From an uncultured Candidatus Saccharibacteria bacterium (lineage in GTDB: Bacteria > Patescibacteriota > Saccharimonadia > Saccharimonadales > UBA10212): 64,000 bases of DNA. The stretch covers positions 14,289 to 78,288 of the forward strand of contig CAYUUT010000004.1 of NCBI GenBank assembly GCA_964448095.1, given 5' to 3'. A program made the translations under genes and the position numbers. Every line of letters begins with the position of its first letter. Position 1 is the first letter of the stretch. Below are positions 27,449 to 36,019 of this stretch, piece by piece. A model generated the notes under the pieces. That model did no database searches. It saw only the letters and a list, made by a program, of their open reading frames with translations, and was not told the DNA's origin.

Positions 27449-29482
27449 TTAGAGCGTTAAAGTTAGCTGGCGGGCTACCGAGTTATCTATCGACTTGGGG
27501 TAAGTAGTATCCCACGTGCCATTCCAGTGAGCAATATAAAATCTGTACGCTCCGGATGAACTAAAGGAGCGCGGCTCCGAATATGTTTTGGTGCCTGGTA
27601 CACCGCCACTGGCGGCAGGAATAGTAAAATCATTTTCAATTGGAAAATCTACATTATTTCCGCCAGGATCTCTACCAGCTACCACTAACGAACCTATGTC
27701 TATGGGGTTAGAGCCGACGTTGCGTACCGTCACAGTAGCGGTAACATTTTGTCCCTTTGCCGGGGATGACGGGCTTAAGCTTATACCAGAAGTTATTAGT
27801 GGGTTATCTAAGACCGGCCAGATTACTTGTCGAACTACGGCATTGCTAGCCGAGTCCGGGTAAGTAGTATCCCACGTGCCATTCCAGTGGGCTACATAAA
27901 AAGTGTAATTACCGGGCACTGTGAAGGTACGCGTCCACGTGAGGTTGGATGTTGTACCACCCGCTGGGATAGTCACGTCATTCTTTATAGGGAAGTCTAC
28001 ATTGTTCCCATTTGGGTCCCTAGCCGCGATGACGAGAGATCCAATATTAATGTTACTGGCGCTCAAGTTTTTGATAGAAAGATAGGCTGTAACCGGCTGG
28101 TTAATAGCGAAATTAGTCGGGCCAAGAATTAGCCCGGAAGTAATCAACGGGCTATCGTTGACAGTTAGAGTAGCTTGCCGGCTCAGACCACCGTTGATGT
28201 CATAGGGATAATAGGCGTTGGCCCAACCAAAAGCGGGATTGTATGAGCACATGGAAACAATTAGATTGCCTGGCACAGTAAGTTTTTTGGAATAACTTAC
28301 AGTGATGGTCCCATTGGCCGGGACAATAACATCGTTGGCAAAGCCAAAATCATACCATTGGCCGTTTAGCGTAGCGCAGACACCCAGGCTGCCTGCATCT
28401 ATGCTGTAGCTAGCGGTGTTTTTGACTTGATAACTAGCCGTCAGCGAATCATTTACGTAAGAACTTGAGCCTGATGGCGACAAGGATAAGCCCGAAGCTG
28501 ACTGTATGGAGCCGTTTATGGCGTATGTTGAGCCAAACCAGGTATTAAAGTACCACCAGAAGTTGCGATTGCCATAAGTCGCACAGGTATCTCCATCACT
28601 CACAGAACCCGGACCATTTGGCGAACCAGTAGGATTAGTATTACTTAGGACATCAGGATCAGGTTGATAAGGCGTGTAGTCATAAAGCGCTGCGGTAGCT
28701 GCATTTTGGATAAAGACCGTAGTACCGCTATTACACGGGTAGTATCCTATTGAATTATTTTGACCAGCGATAAAATTGAAGCCGCCAGGATTGGTTAAGT
28801 AGTTCCGGAGTTGCGCTGCAGCACTGTTAACCTGTACCGTGAATCCGGCATAGGCACTATGGCAACCAGTACCATCATCCGGACAGTCAAATCCCATAGC
28901 AGCCGCATACTCATTAGTCCATGGCCAATCGTCAGTTATAAGCCCCTGCTCCTTTTGAAGAGTTACCAGCAGCACCTGTGGGTTTATGTGATAAGCCAGT
29001 GCTGCGTAGTAGATAATTTCGCCGGGGGTGACCCCACCCGAAACTGTTGCGCCCTGAAGATTATTTTGGTGCGTGTTTGGGTTCTCGCGGTAATCCTTCA
29101 AGCAGACATAAGGTGTTGTAGCGATAGTCGTCCCGTTCCAGGTATCATATCGTTGGCCATAGATCGCACGAGTTGTAGTTACGTATGAGGCGCCGCTGAA
29201 GCTATCTTTTTCTACCTCACCAGAACTTGAGTTGTAATAATAAGATTTAGATAATGAGCCACTAGTGTCGCAGGTAGGGGCCTCAGCATTCAGGAAGTTA
29301 TTTATGTCTTGAACAGACATTGTTGAATTATCTGTAAAAACCGCATCATCTATGATATGGCCGGCTTGAAAATCGGCACCGGTCAGCGCATGAGTAGCCG
29401 GTTGGCGAAAAATTAAGATAGCCGCCAATGTAACGGCAGGGAGCATGAGCAGTATACTGATCTTACTTAATATCCTAGGCAT
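27449..29482 (-). CDS. Secreted 677-aa surface protein: N-terminal enzyme-like domain plus three tandem CARDB/Ig-like repeats
   Basis: Signal peptide/anchor MPRILSKISILLMLPAVTLAAILIF. The C-terminal ~120-aa units repeat (…NVTATVTVRNVGSNPIDIGSLVVAGRDPGGNNVDFPI…HWNGTWDTTYP…). The N-terminal region has INPQVLLVTLQKEQGLI, reminiscent of glycoside-hydrolase-like domains (weak). Confidence 0.6.
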   Translation of the reverse strand: MPRILSKISILLMLPAVTLAAILIFRQPATHALTGADFQAGHIIDDAVFTDNSTMSVQDINNFLNAEAPTCDTSGSLSKSYYYNSSSGEVEKDSFSGASYVTTTRAIYGQRYDTWNGTTIATTPYVCLKDYRENPNTHQNNLQGATVSGGVTPGEIIYYAALAYHINPQVLLVTLQKEQGLITDDWPWTNEYAAAMGFDCPDDGTGCHSAYAGFTVQVNSAAAQLRNYLTNPGGFNFIAGQNNSIGYYPCNSGTTVFIQNAATAALYDYTPYQPDPDVLSNTNPTGSPNGPGSVSDGDTCATYGNRNFWWYFNTWFGSTYAINGSIQSASGLSLSPSGSSSYVNDSLTASYQVKNTASYSIDAGSLGVCATLNGQWYDFGFANDVIVPANGTITVSYSKKLTVPGNLIVSMCSYNPAFGWANAYYPYDINGGLSRQATLTVNDSPLITSGLILGPTNFAINQPVTAYLSIKNLSASNINIGSLVIAARDPNGNNVDFPIKNDVTIPAGGTTSNLTWTRTFTVPGNYTFYVAHWNGTWDTTYPDSASNAVVRQVIWPVLDNPLITSGISLSPSSPAKGQNVTATVTVRNVGSNPIDIGSLVVAGRDPGGNNVDFPIENDFTIPAASGGVPGTKTYSEPRSFSSSGAYRFYIAHWNGTWDTTYPKSIDNSVARQLTLTL
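27498..27889. repeat. Intragenic tandem repeat (360-bp period) inside 27449..29482
   Basis: The 32-mer GGGTAAGTAGTATCCCACGTGCCATTCCAGTG occurs exactly at 27498-27529 and 27858-27889. It encodes HWNGTWDTTYP in both repeat units. Confidence 0.9.
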
Positions 29483-29492
29483 TGATTCGATT

Positions 29493-30068
29493 CTAATTAA
29501 GCGAAACCGGGTTCTTAGCCCAATTGCTACTTACAGTTTTACTGTTCGACGTCACAGTCACACTAACATTCCACTGGCCGTGGTTAGGAAATTGGCTCAG
29601 GGGCACGTTAAAAACGGGGCATACATAGCTATTGACCTGCAAGACTACGTCCTCGGATTGGCTAATCGTAGTCTGCCCAGCTTGGTACACGTTGAGAGTG
29701 CAGCTACCGGATGTGGCGCCGTTGATAAGTGTGGCTACCTGTAAGTCGGTAGAATCCGTGTTAGCTCGAGTTATTGATACGCTAAAGCTACCGGTGTCAG
29801 GGGGTGGTTGATAGTTTTCCAGCGTCGACGACGGGCTGCTAGAACCTTTCCGATCATTGTTAGCATTATTGTCGGCGGCGGGGGCGGCCGAATAATTATT
29901 TTTTGAGGTTGGACTCTTAGTTGAAGCTTGTGGTGGGCTGACTATCCCTTTGTTGGAGTTGCTGTGATGGTGCCAATAAACCAAGCCACCGATGATAATA
30001 ACTAACATAGCGCCAGAAATTAGAGCTGTTTTTTTAGTAATCCTGAATTTTTTTGACTTTTTGGCCAT
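29493..30068 (-). CDS. Membrane-anchored extracytoplasmic protein, unknown function
   Basis: Basic N-terminus followed by a TM helix (ALISGAMLVIIIGGLVYW), a Ser/Asn/Pro-rich linker, then a beta-rich domain with Cys pairs. Confidence 0.5.
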   Translation of the reverse strand: MAKKSKKFRITKKTALISGAMLVIIIGGLVYWHHHSNSNKGIVSPPQASTKSPTSKNNYSAAPAADNNANNDRKGSSSPSSTLENYQPPPDTGSFSVSITRANTDSTDLQVATLINGATSGSCTLNVYQAGQTTISQSEDVVLQVNSYVCPVFNVPLSQFPNHGQWNVSVTVTSNSKTVSSNWAKNPVSLN

Positions 30069-30180
30069 ATCTTTATTTTAACGCACGCTTAATAACTACC
30101 ACTCTAATCTGTTAAGAGGTCTATGTCAATCTGTAAAATCTACACCGGAACTACACCCTTAAAGTGGTAACATATTAATA

Positions 30181-31089
30181 ATGAGTCAGAACCAATCCAA
30201 GCCGCCGGTACGTAAGGCGGTGATCGCCGCCGCGGGCTTTGGCACGCGTTTTTTGCCGCAGACCAAGGCCATGCCCAAAGAGATGCTGCCGCTGGTCGAT
30301 AAACCGATTATCCAGTATATCGTGGAGGAGCTGGTGGCGGCTGGTATTGAAGATATTATTATCCAAGTTAGAAATACCAAGCGAGCCATAGAGGATCACT
30401 TTGATTTGCCCGCACAGGAGCTTATCGATAACCTGAAGGCCGGCGGGGAAAGTAAAAAACATCTGCTGGAGGAAATAGAATCTATACCCCGTATGGCAAA
30501 CTTTGTGTTTGTGCGCGCCAAAGCGCCTTATGGCAATGCCGCGCCTGTTTCTGATGCAGCCCACCTGCTAGGCGACGAACCATTTATCTACACCTTTGCC
30601 GATGATTTCATTCTGGCCGAGCCCAAAAGCCGATTCCAGCAAATGATTGAGCTATATAAGGAAAAAGGCGGCTCGGTTATTTCTTGCATTCAAGCAACCA
30701 AAGATAACCAGTATAAGCGCTATGGTTTTGTAGGCGGCAGTCCGACGGGCAATGGCTTATATAGCGTCACAAAAATTGTTGAGAAACCCGGCAAAGCGGC
30801 AGCCCCTTCGGATTTAGCGAGTGTTAGCAGTTATTTACTGGAGCCATCAATTCTTGAATACATTGAAAAAGCTCGCGGTAGTCTTGAGCCGGGTGGGGAG
30901 TTTTATATCCAGCCAGCTATGCAAGCTATGATGGATGATGGTCACGCTTTCTGGGGCATGCAAATTCAGAACGGGACCTATTATGATACGGGTGACAAGC
31001 TGGAGTACCTCAAAACCGTCGTGGATTTTGCCCTGATGCACGATGAGCTTAAGGATGATTTTAGAAAATTCTTGAAGGAGAAAGTCTGA
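30181..31089 (+). CDS. galU: UTP--glucose-1-phosphate uridylyltransferase
   Basis: AVIAAAGFGTRFLPQTKAMPKEMLPLVDKPIIQYIVEE is the canonical GalU N-terminus. Confidence 0.9.
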   Translation: MSQNQSKPPVRKAVIAAAGFGTRFLPQTKAMPKEMLPLVDKPIIQYIVEELVAAGIEDIIIQVRNTKRAIEDHFDLPAQELIDNLKAGGESKKHLLEEIESIPRMANFVFVRAKAPYGNAAPVSDAAHLLGDEPFIYTFADDFILAEPKSRFQQMIELYKEKGGSVISCIQATKDNQYKRYGFVGGSPTGNGLYSVTKIVEKPGKAAAPSDLASVSSYLLEPSILEYIEKARGSLEPGGEFYIQPAMQAMMDDGHAFWGMQIQNGTYYDTGDKLEYLKTVVDFALMHDELKDDFRKFLKEKV

Positions 31090-31647
31090 ATGGCGCTGAA
31101 TAAAAAATGGGGAGCTAAGATAGTAACCTTGGACGAATTCGCCAGCTTGCGGCCCAAACTCGGGAAAATTGTAGCCACTAGCGGCGGCTACGACCCTATA
31201 CATCCTGGTCATATCAGCTTAATAATTGAAAGTCGCAAATTTGGTAACACAGTAGTGGTTATAGTTAACAGCGATGATTTTTTAGTTGCAAAAAAGGGTA
31301 AGCCTTTTCAAAACTTGGCAACTCGCTGTTTGATTGTCAGCGGCATCAAGGAGGTTGACTATGTTGTGCCGGCAGTTACTGAAACTGACATGAGTGTCAA
31401 TGAGGCGCTAAAAGTAATTAAACCTCATGTTTATACAAAAGGCGGGGATACCGTCGATCCATCAACCATTCGTGAGTGGGAGGTGTGTAAGAAAAACGGC
31501 ACCAAAGTAGTGTTTGAAGTAGGCGAAGGCAAGGAATGGTCATCGAGTTGGTTCACTAAGGACTGGGATAAAACTATACATACACGAGCCATAAATAAAA
31601 CTAAGCACAAATTAAAAAATAAAGTTAATAAATACTTAACAAGTTAA
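31090..31647 (+). CDS. Cytidylyltransferase-like nucleotidyltransferase (RfaE domain II / TagD-like)
   Basis: The HxGH motif context SGGYDPIHPGHISLI and its ~185-aa size fit the family. The substrate cannot be assigned from sequence. Confidence 0.7.
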   Translation: MALNKKWGAKIVTLDEFASLRPKLGKIVATSGGYDPIHPGHISLIIESRKFGNTVVVIVNSDDFLVAKKGKPFQNLATRCLIVSGIKEVDYVVPAVTETDMSVNEALKVIKPHVYTKGGDTVDPSTIREWEVCKKNGTKVVFEVGEGKEWSSSWFTKDWDKTIHTRAINKTKHKLKNKVNKYLTS

Positions 31648-31653
31648 GTATTT
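31630..31653. repeat. Best copy of the recurrent palindrome: AAATACTTAAC-AA-GTTAAGTATTT
   Basis: 11-bp perfect arms. It contains the TAA stop (31645-31647) of the plus-strand CDS and abuts the stop (31652-31654) of the convergent minus-strand CDS. Confidence 0.85.
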
Positions 31654-33088
31654 AGCGGTCGAGCTCTTTGATGTTTACGTTGATTTTGTTGGAAGGATTC
31701 CAATCCAGTTCTGGATATGTCTTTAAGACTCTTAATATGTACTTCCGAAGTTTCTCGTAGCCAGCCTTGTCTTTGGACTCGAACTTGACAACTACATAAG
31801 GACCATTCTGGGAATAACGTACGACAAACATTGTGTCATCGGTCTCCAGCCGTAGTCCATCGCCAGCCCTTTCGTCATCAACCACCTCGGCGTTTTTAAA
31901 ATCTTCGCGAAGTTGTTTAGCGAGTCGCTCAACGAGACTTACTTTTTTATCATCTTCGCAGTAGACGTGGATTTGCGGACTGGATTCATATTGCGGCAGA
32001 GCGGCTACCATCTCTGACAATGACTGATTTGTACGGCTAAGCGCTTGGACAACGCGCATCGTAGAATAAGCACCGTCATCATGGTTGTAGAAGTCGGCTG
32101 AAAAAAAGAAGTGACCGGATAACTCACCGATGAATGCAGCCTTCACTTCTTGGTTTTTCTTCTTCAGGAATGAATGGCCAGTGCGCCACATAAACGGCTT
32201 ACCGCCATTAGCTTTTATAGTTTCTGGCACGACTTTTGAGCAAAGTAGGTTAAACATAATTATCGCGCCGGGGTGATCTCTTAATACATCAGTGGCAAAA
32301 AGGGCTACAAGTACGTCATTCCAAATTGGGTTGCCGTGTTCATCAACCATACCTACTCTGTCACCATCGGCGTCATAGGTAAAACCAACATCGGCTTGGC
32401 TGTCTCGGACTTCTTGACCCAGCCGCTCCATAATATGAATTTCCGTAGGGTCAGCCACACCCAAGGGAAAACCGGAATCGACTTTGGTATTGAATTCTAT
32501 AACTTCGCAGCCGGCTTTCCGCAGCAACTCAGGGATAATAATACCGGCAGTCGTATTGCTGGGATCGACGACAACTTTTAGTTTTCTGTCTAGATGCAGA
32601 CGTTCAAGCAGGTCAGAATAATAGGCTTGCAAAACGTCCTGTTTGGTAATCTTGCCGGTACTGGCGCCTTTCTTATAGTCTTCGCTCTCAACTAGTTTGC
32701 GAAGGTCTTGTATGCCTTCTGAAACTAGGGTCTCGGAATAATCATTGGCGAACTTAAAACCATTGAACTCCGGCGGATTGTGCGAGGCCGTCACGAAAAC
32801 GCCGCCAGGGATTTTTAAGTAATGTTGAGCCCAATAAAAAGTCCCGACCATCTGCATACCGATATCAATTACGTCTAAGCCAGCCCAGGCCAGGCCCTCC
32901 ATGATTTTCTGGGCATACATAGGGCTAGTCTCGCGGCAGTCATAGCCAACTACGGCTTTTGTTTGATCCTCGTGGGATAGAAGTGTTCCGTGAGCCCTGC
33001 CTAAGTGCAAAGCAAGCTCGGGGCTAAGATCTTTGCCGACCAGACCACGTAGATCATAGCCTCTAAATATACTTGGATTTACTTTCAT
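31652..33088 (-). CDS. Phosphomannomutase/phosphoglucomutase family (alpha-D-phosphohexomutase)
   Basis: Active-site loop VTASHNPPEFNGFKF, metal-binding FTYDADGDR and sugar-binding GELSGH. Confidence 0.88.
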   Translation of the reverse strand: MKVNPSIFRGYDLRGLVGKDLSPELALHLGRAHGTLLSHEDQTKAVVGYDCRETSPMYAQKIMEGLAWAGLDVIDIGMQMVGTFYWAQHYLKIPGGVFVTASHNPPEFNGFKFANDYSETLVSEGIQDLRKLVESEDYKKGASTGKITKQDVLQAYYSDLLERLHLDRKLKVVVDPSNTTAGIIIPELLRKAGCEVIEFNTKVDSGFPLGVADPTEIHIMERLGQEVRDSQADVGFTYDADGDRVGMVDEHGNPIWNDVLVALFATDVLRDHPGAIIMFNLLCSKVVPETIKANGGKPFMWRTGHSFLKKKNQEVKAAFIGELSGHFFFSADFYNHDDGAYSTMRVVQALSRTNQSLSEMVAALPQYESSPQIHVYCEDDKKVSLVERLAKQLREDFKNAEVVDDERAGDGLRLETDDTMFVVRYSQNGPYVVVKFESKDKAGYEKLRKYILRVLKTYPELDWNPSNKINVNIKELDR

Positions 33089-33092
33089 ATAA

Positions 33093-34919
33093 CTATTCTA
33101 CTGTAACTGATTTTGCTAGATTGCGCGGGCGGTCAACATTTTTGCCAAGCTCATCGGCTATGTAGTAGGCAAAGAACTGCATTACTATAGCCGTAAGCAG
33201 TGGCTGAGTTTGCTCTAAAGTCTTGGGAATGTAAATGACGTCATTGGTGAGTTTCTTAATTTCTTTATTGCCTTCGGTGGCGATAGCGACTATCGGGCCG
33301 CTGCGGGCTCTAATCTCTTCTATATTAGAGTAAGTCTTTTCTAGCATCGGGCCATCACAGGCGATAGCAAAAGTCGCGAATTTTTTATCAATCATAGCTA
33401 GTGGGCCATGCTTCATTTCGCCGGCGGCATAACCTTCGGCATGGATGTAGGAAATTTCCTTGAGCTTTAGAGCACCCTCTAACGCGCAGGGGAACTGGTA
33501 TTTTCTGCCAATGTAGAGGAAGTCGCGCTGGTTGGCGTATTTCTTGGCGATTTTTTTAATTTGCTCAGCCTGGGCCAAAACTTCTTCGGCCATTTGCGGC
33601 AGTTTGTCCAATTCCTCCAGTAAAGGTTTGAATAATCTGGTCGAACCATCACTCAAGTGTAAAGCGATGAGAGTGGCCACCGTAACTTGTGCGATAAAAG
33701 CTTTGGTGGAGGCTACTGCCTGCTCCGGCCCGGCGTGGCAATACACGCCCGCGTCGGTCATACGGGCAATGGTTGAGCCGACGGCGTTGACAATTCCCAA
33801 CCGCAACATCCCGTAGTCTTCAACTTTTTTGAGAGCGGCGATTGTATCAGCGGTTTCACCGGACTGGGAGATAGCTAGAATAGCCGTACTGCGCGAGAAC
33901 GGTTCCTTGCGATATTTGAATTCCGATGCCAGCTGAACCTCTACTGGTATTCCAGCAAGTTCTTCTATCAGATACTCAGCGACTAATCCGGCGTAATAAG
34001 ACGTGCCGCAAGCAACAATTACAATTCGCTCGATATACTTCAGTTGCTCGGTTACGGCTTCTAGCCCGCCCAACTTGACCATAGAATCTTTGGGCCTAAT
34101 TCTGCCCAGAGTTGCCGAGCGAATGGTTTGCGGCGCTTCAAAAATTTCCTTCAGCATAAAGTTAGGAAAGTCGCCTAGCTGGACTTGCTGCAAGTCAAAT
34201 TCCAAAGTCTCGGCACTGCGTTTTACGGTAACTGATTCCTTGAAGTTCTTTATTTTATAGCCACTACGTTTGACCACCACCATTTCATAATCGTCCAGGT
34301 AGACTACGTTTTTAGTGTGTTCCATCACAGCCGTAGGGTCGGAGGCGAGAATAAGCTCGTCTTTCCCAACGCCTAATATTAGAGGGCTTGATAGCCGGGC
34401 AGCAAAAATAGTATCAGGCGAAAGGGTACTTATAGCCGTAATGGCAAAAGCGCCGCGCAATTCCTGCAAAGTCTTTTCGAAAGCCTTCTCGAAGTCTTTA
34501 AGTTTTTTGTAATTGTAATCGATTAGCTGGGGGATGACTTCGGTATCAGTTTCGGATACGAACTTATAGCCAAAGCTTTCAAGCTTTGCCCGGATCTGAA
34601 CATAGTTTTCTATAATTCCGTTATGTACCACAAAAATGGTTTTGTCTTGATTGTAGTGGGGGTGGGCATTAGCAATTGTTGGTGCTCCGTGTGTCGCCCA
34701 GCGCGTATGCCCAATGGCCATGTGCGGACTTGAGCCGTCGGAACTAATTAATTGGTCCAGGGCTTCTACCCGGCCAACCTGTTTTATAACCTTGCCGCCA
34801 TTTTGGCTTAGAAAAGCTACACCGGCCGAATCGTATCCGCGGTACTCTAACGCTTTAAGGCCATCTACTACCGGGCCGAGGGCATCTTTTTTGCCTAAGT
34901 AGCCGACGATTCCGCACAT
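33093..34919 (-). CDS. glmS: Glutamine--fructose-6-phosphate aminotransferase
   Basis: N-terminal MCGIVGY (Ntn Cys), two SIS domains, C-terminal ...RPRNLAKSVTVE. 608 aa. Confidence 0.95.
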   Translation of the reverse strand: MCGIVGYLGKKDALGPVVDGLKALEYRGYDSAGVAFLSQNGGKVIKQVGRVEALDQLISSDGSSPHMAIGHTRWATHGAPTIANAHPHYNQDKTIFVVHNGIIENYVQIRAKLESFGYKFVSETDTEVIPQLIDYNYKKLKDFEKAFEKTLQELRGAFAITAISTLSPDTIFAARLSSPLILGVGKDELILASDPTAVMEHTKNVVYLDDYEMVVVKRSGYKIKNFKESVTVKRSAETLEFDLQQVQLGDFPNFMLKEIFEAPQTIRSATLGRIRPKDSMVKLGGLEAVTEQLKYIERIVIVACGTSYYAGLVAEYLIEELAGIPVEVQLASEFKYRKEPFSRSTAILAISQSGETADTIAALKKVEDYGMLRLGIVNAVGSTIARMTDAGVYCHAGPEQAVASTKAFIAQVTVATLIALHLSDGSTRLFKPLLEELDKLPQMAEEVLAQAEQIKKIAKKYANQRDFLYIGRKYQFPCALEGALKLKEISYIHAEGYAAGEMKHGPLAMIDKKFATFAIACDGPMLEKTYSNIEEIRARSGPIVAIATEGNKEIKKLTNDVIYIPKTLEQTQPLLTAIVMQFFAYYIADELGKNVDRPRNLAKSVTVE

Positions 34920-34930
34920 CTAAAACCTCC

Positions 34931-36019
34931 TCATTTAATGCCGACCTGCTCTATCTGCTTTTGAAACCTGAGTCTAAAATTACTGGCCGAAAATATTTGG
35001 GCCGACTTAGTGATGAGGCCTGAATTATAGCGGTTAGGATTGAATCTCCGTAGGGCTGCAACTAGGCTATCAACGGTTTGCTCGCTAAAGAATTCACCGG
35101 TTTTGTTAGGCTCGATGTAGTCTATGGCGCCGCCGGCTTTGTAGGCTATAACTGGCGTGCCAGCGGCGAGAGCTTCAACAGCCACAATTCCAAAATCATC
35201 CAGCCCCGGAAAAATAAAACCAAGCGAAGACTGAAAATAGTGAGCTACTTCTTCATCGTTTTTACCGCGCAGAAAAGTTACGGATTTGCCAGCCATTTTC
35301 TTGAGCTTATTATGGTCCGGGCCGCTGCCGATGACTATTAGCGGCAGCTCCAGCTTAGTACAGGCCGCAACAGCTAAATCTATGCGCTTATACGGTGTTT
35401 GCCGGCCAGCAGCCATAAAGCCATGACGAGGCTCATCATTGTGCCCAGCAAAGCGCTCAACATCAATCGGCGGGTGAATTACCGCGGAGTCACGACCATA
35501 ATATTTTTTGACCTGCTCTTTAATGTAGGTAGAATTGGAAATTATAAAATCTGGCCTCTGGGCTGCTTTATAATCCCAGCGCCGTAGCGGACCAACTAAA
35601 AGGCGTAAGCCAATACGCGCCAGCGGGTCAAAAAATCCAAAGCCGGGGCTTTTAAGATAATCATCGTACCGGCTCCAATAATAGTGTGTCGGCGCGTGGC
35701 AATAATTTATGTGGATTGTCGGCTTATTAACTTTGATGCCTTTGGCTTCCGCTCCCGAACTGCTGATAACCAGATCGTAATTATCAAAGTTCAGCTGGCT
35801 GAACCACCAAATTCGCAGAAAGGGCACGAATTTGCGCAGGGCCGGGAATGGCCATTTTTGCAAAAAGCCGGTGATAACTTTACCATCCAGCTGTTCACGC
35901 CACTCATCAGAGCAGTATGAAGTATAAATTGGTGCCTCCGGGTACATTTTATGCAGTTGTTCTACGACCCGCTCGGCGCCGCCCCCCACAAACCAGTCAT
36001 GAACGATTGCGACTTTCAA
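34931..36019 (-). CDS. Glycosyltransferase family 4 (GT-B fold)
   Basis: MKVAIVHDWFVGGGAERV N-terminus and DDFGIVAVEALAAGTPVIAYKAGG C-terminal signature. Confidence 0.85.
   Translation of the reverse strand: MKVAIVHDWFVGGGAERVVEQLHKMYPEAPIYTSYCSDEWREQLDGKVITGFLQKWPFPALRKFVPFLRIWWFSQLNFDNYDLVISSSGAEAKGIKVNKPTIHINYCHAPTHYYWSRYDDYLKSPGFGFFDPLARIGLRLLVGPLRRWDYKAAQRPDFIISNSTYIKEQVKKYYGRDSAVIHPPIDVERFAGHNDEPRHGFMAAGRQTPYKRIDLAVAACTKLELPLIVIGSGPDHNKLKKMAGKSVTFLRGKNDEEVAHYFQSSLGFIFPGLDDFGIVAVEALAAGTPVIAYKAGGAIDYIEPNKTGEFFSEQTVDSLVAALRRFNPNRYNSGLITKSAQIFSASNFRLRFQKQIEQVGIK

Noticed and set aside
28791-28806. Isolated GTTAAGTA 8-mer inside the 27449..29482 CDS
   Set aside because: Only one arm of the recurrent palindrome is present, and the partner arm is absent. 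An 8-mer is expected by chance about twice in 64 kb on both strands.
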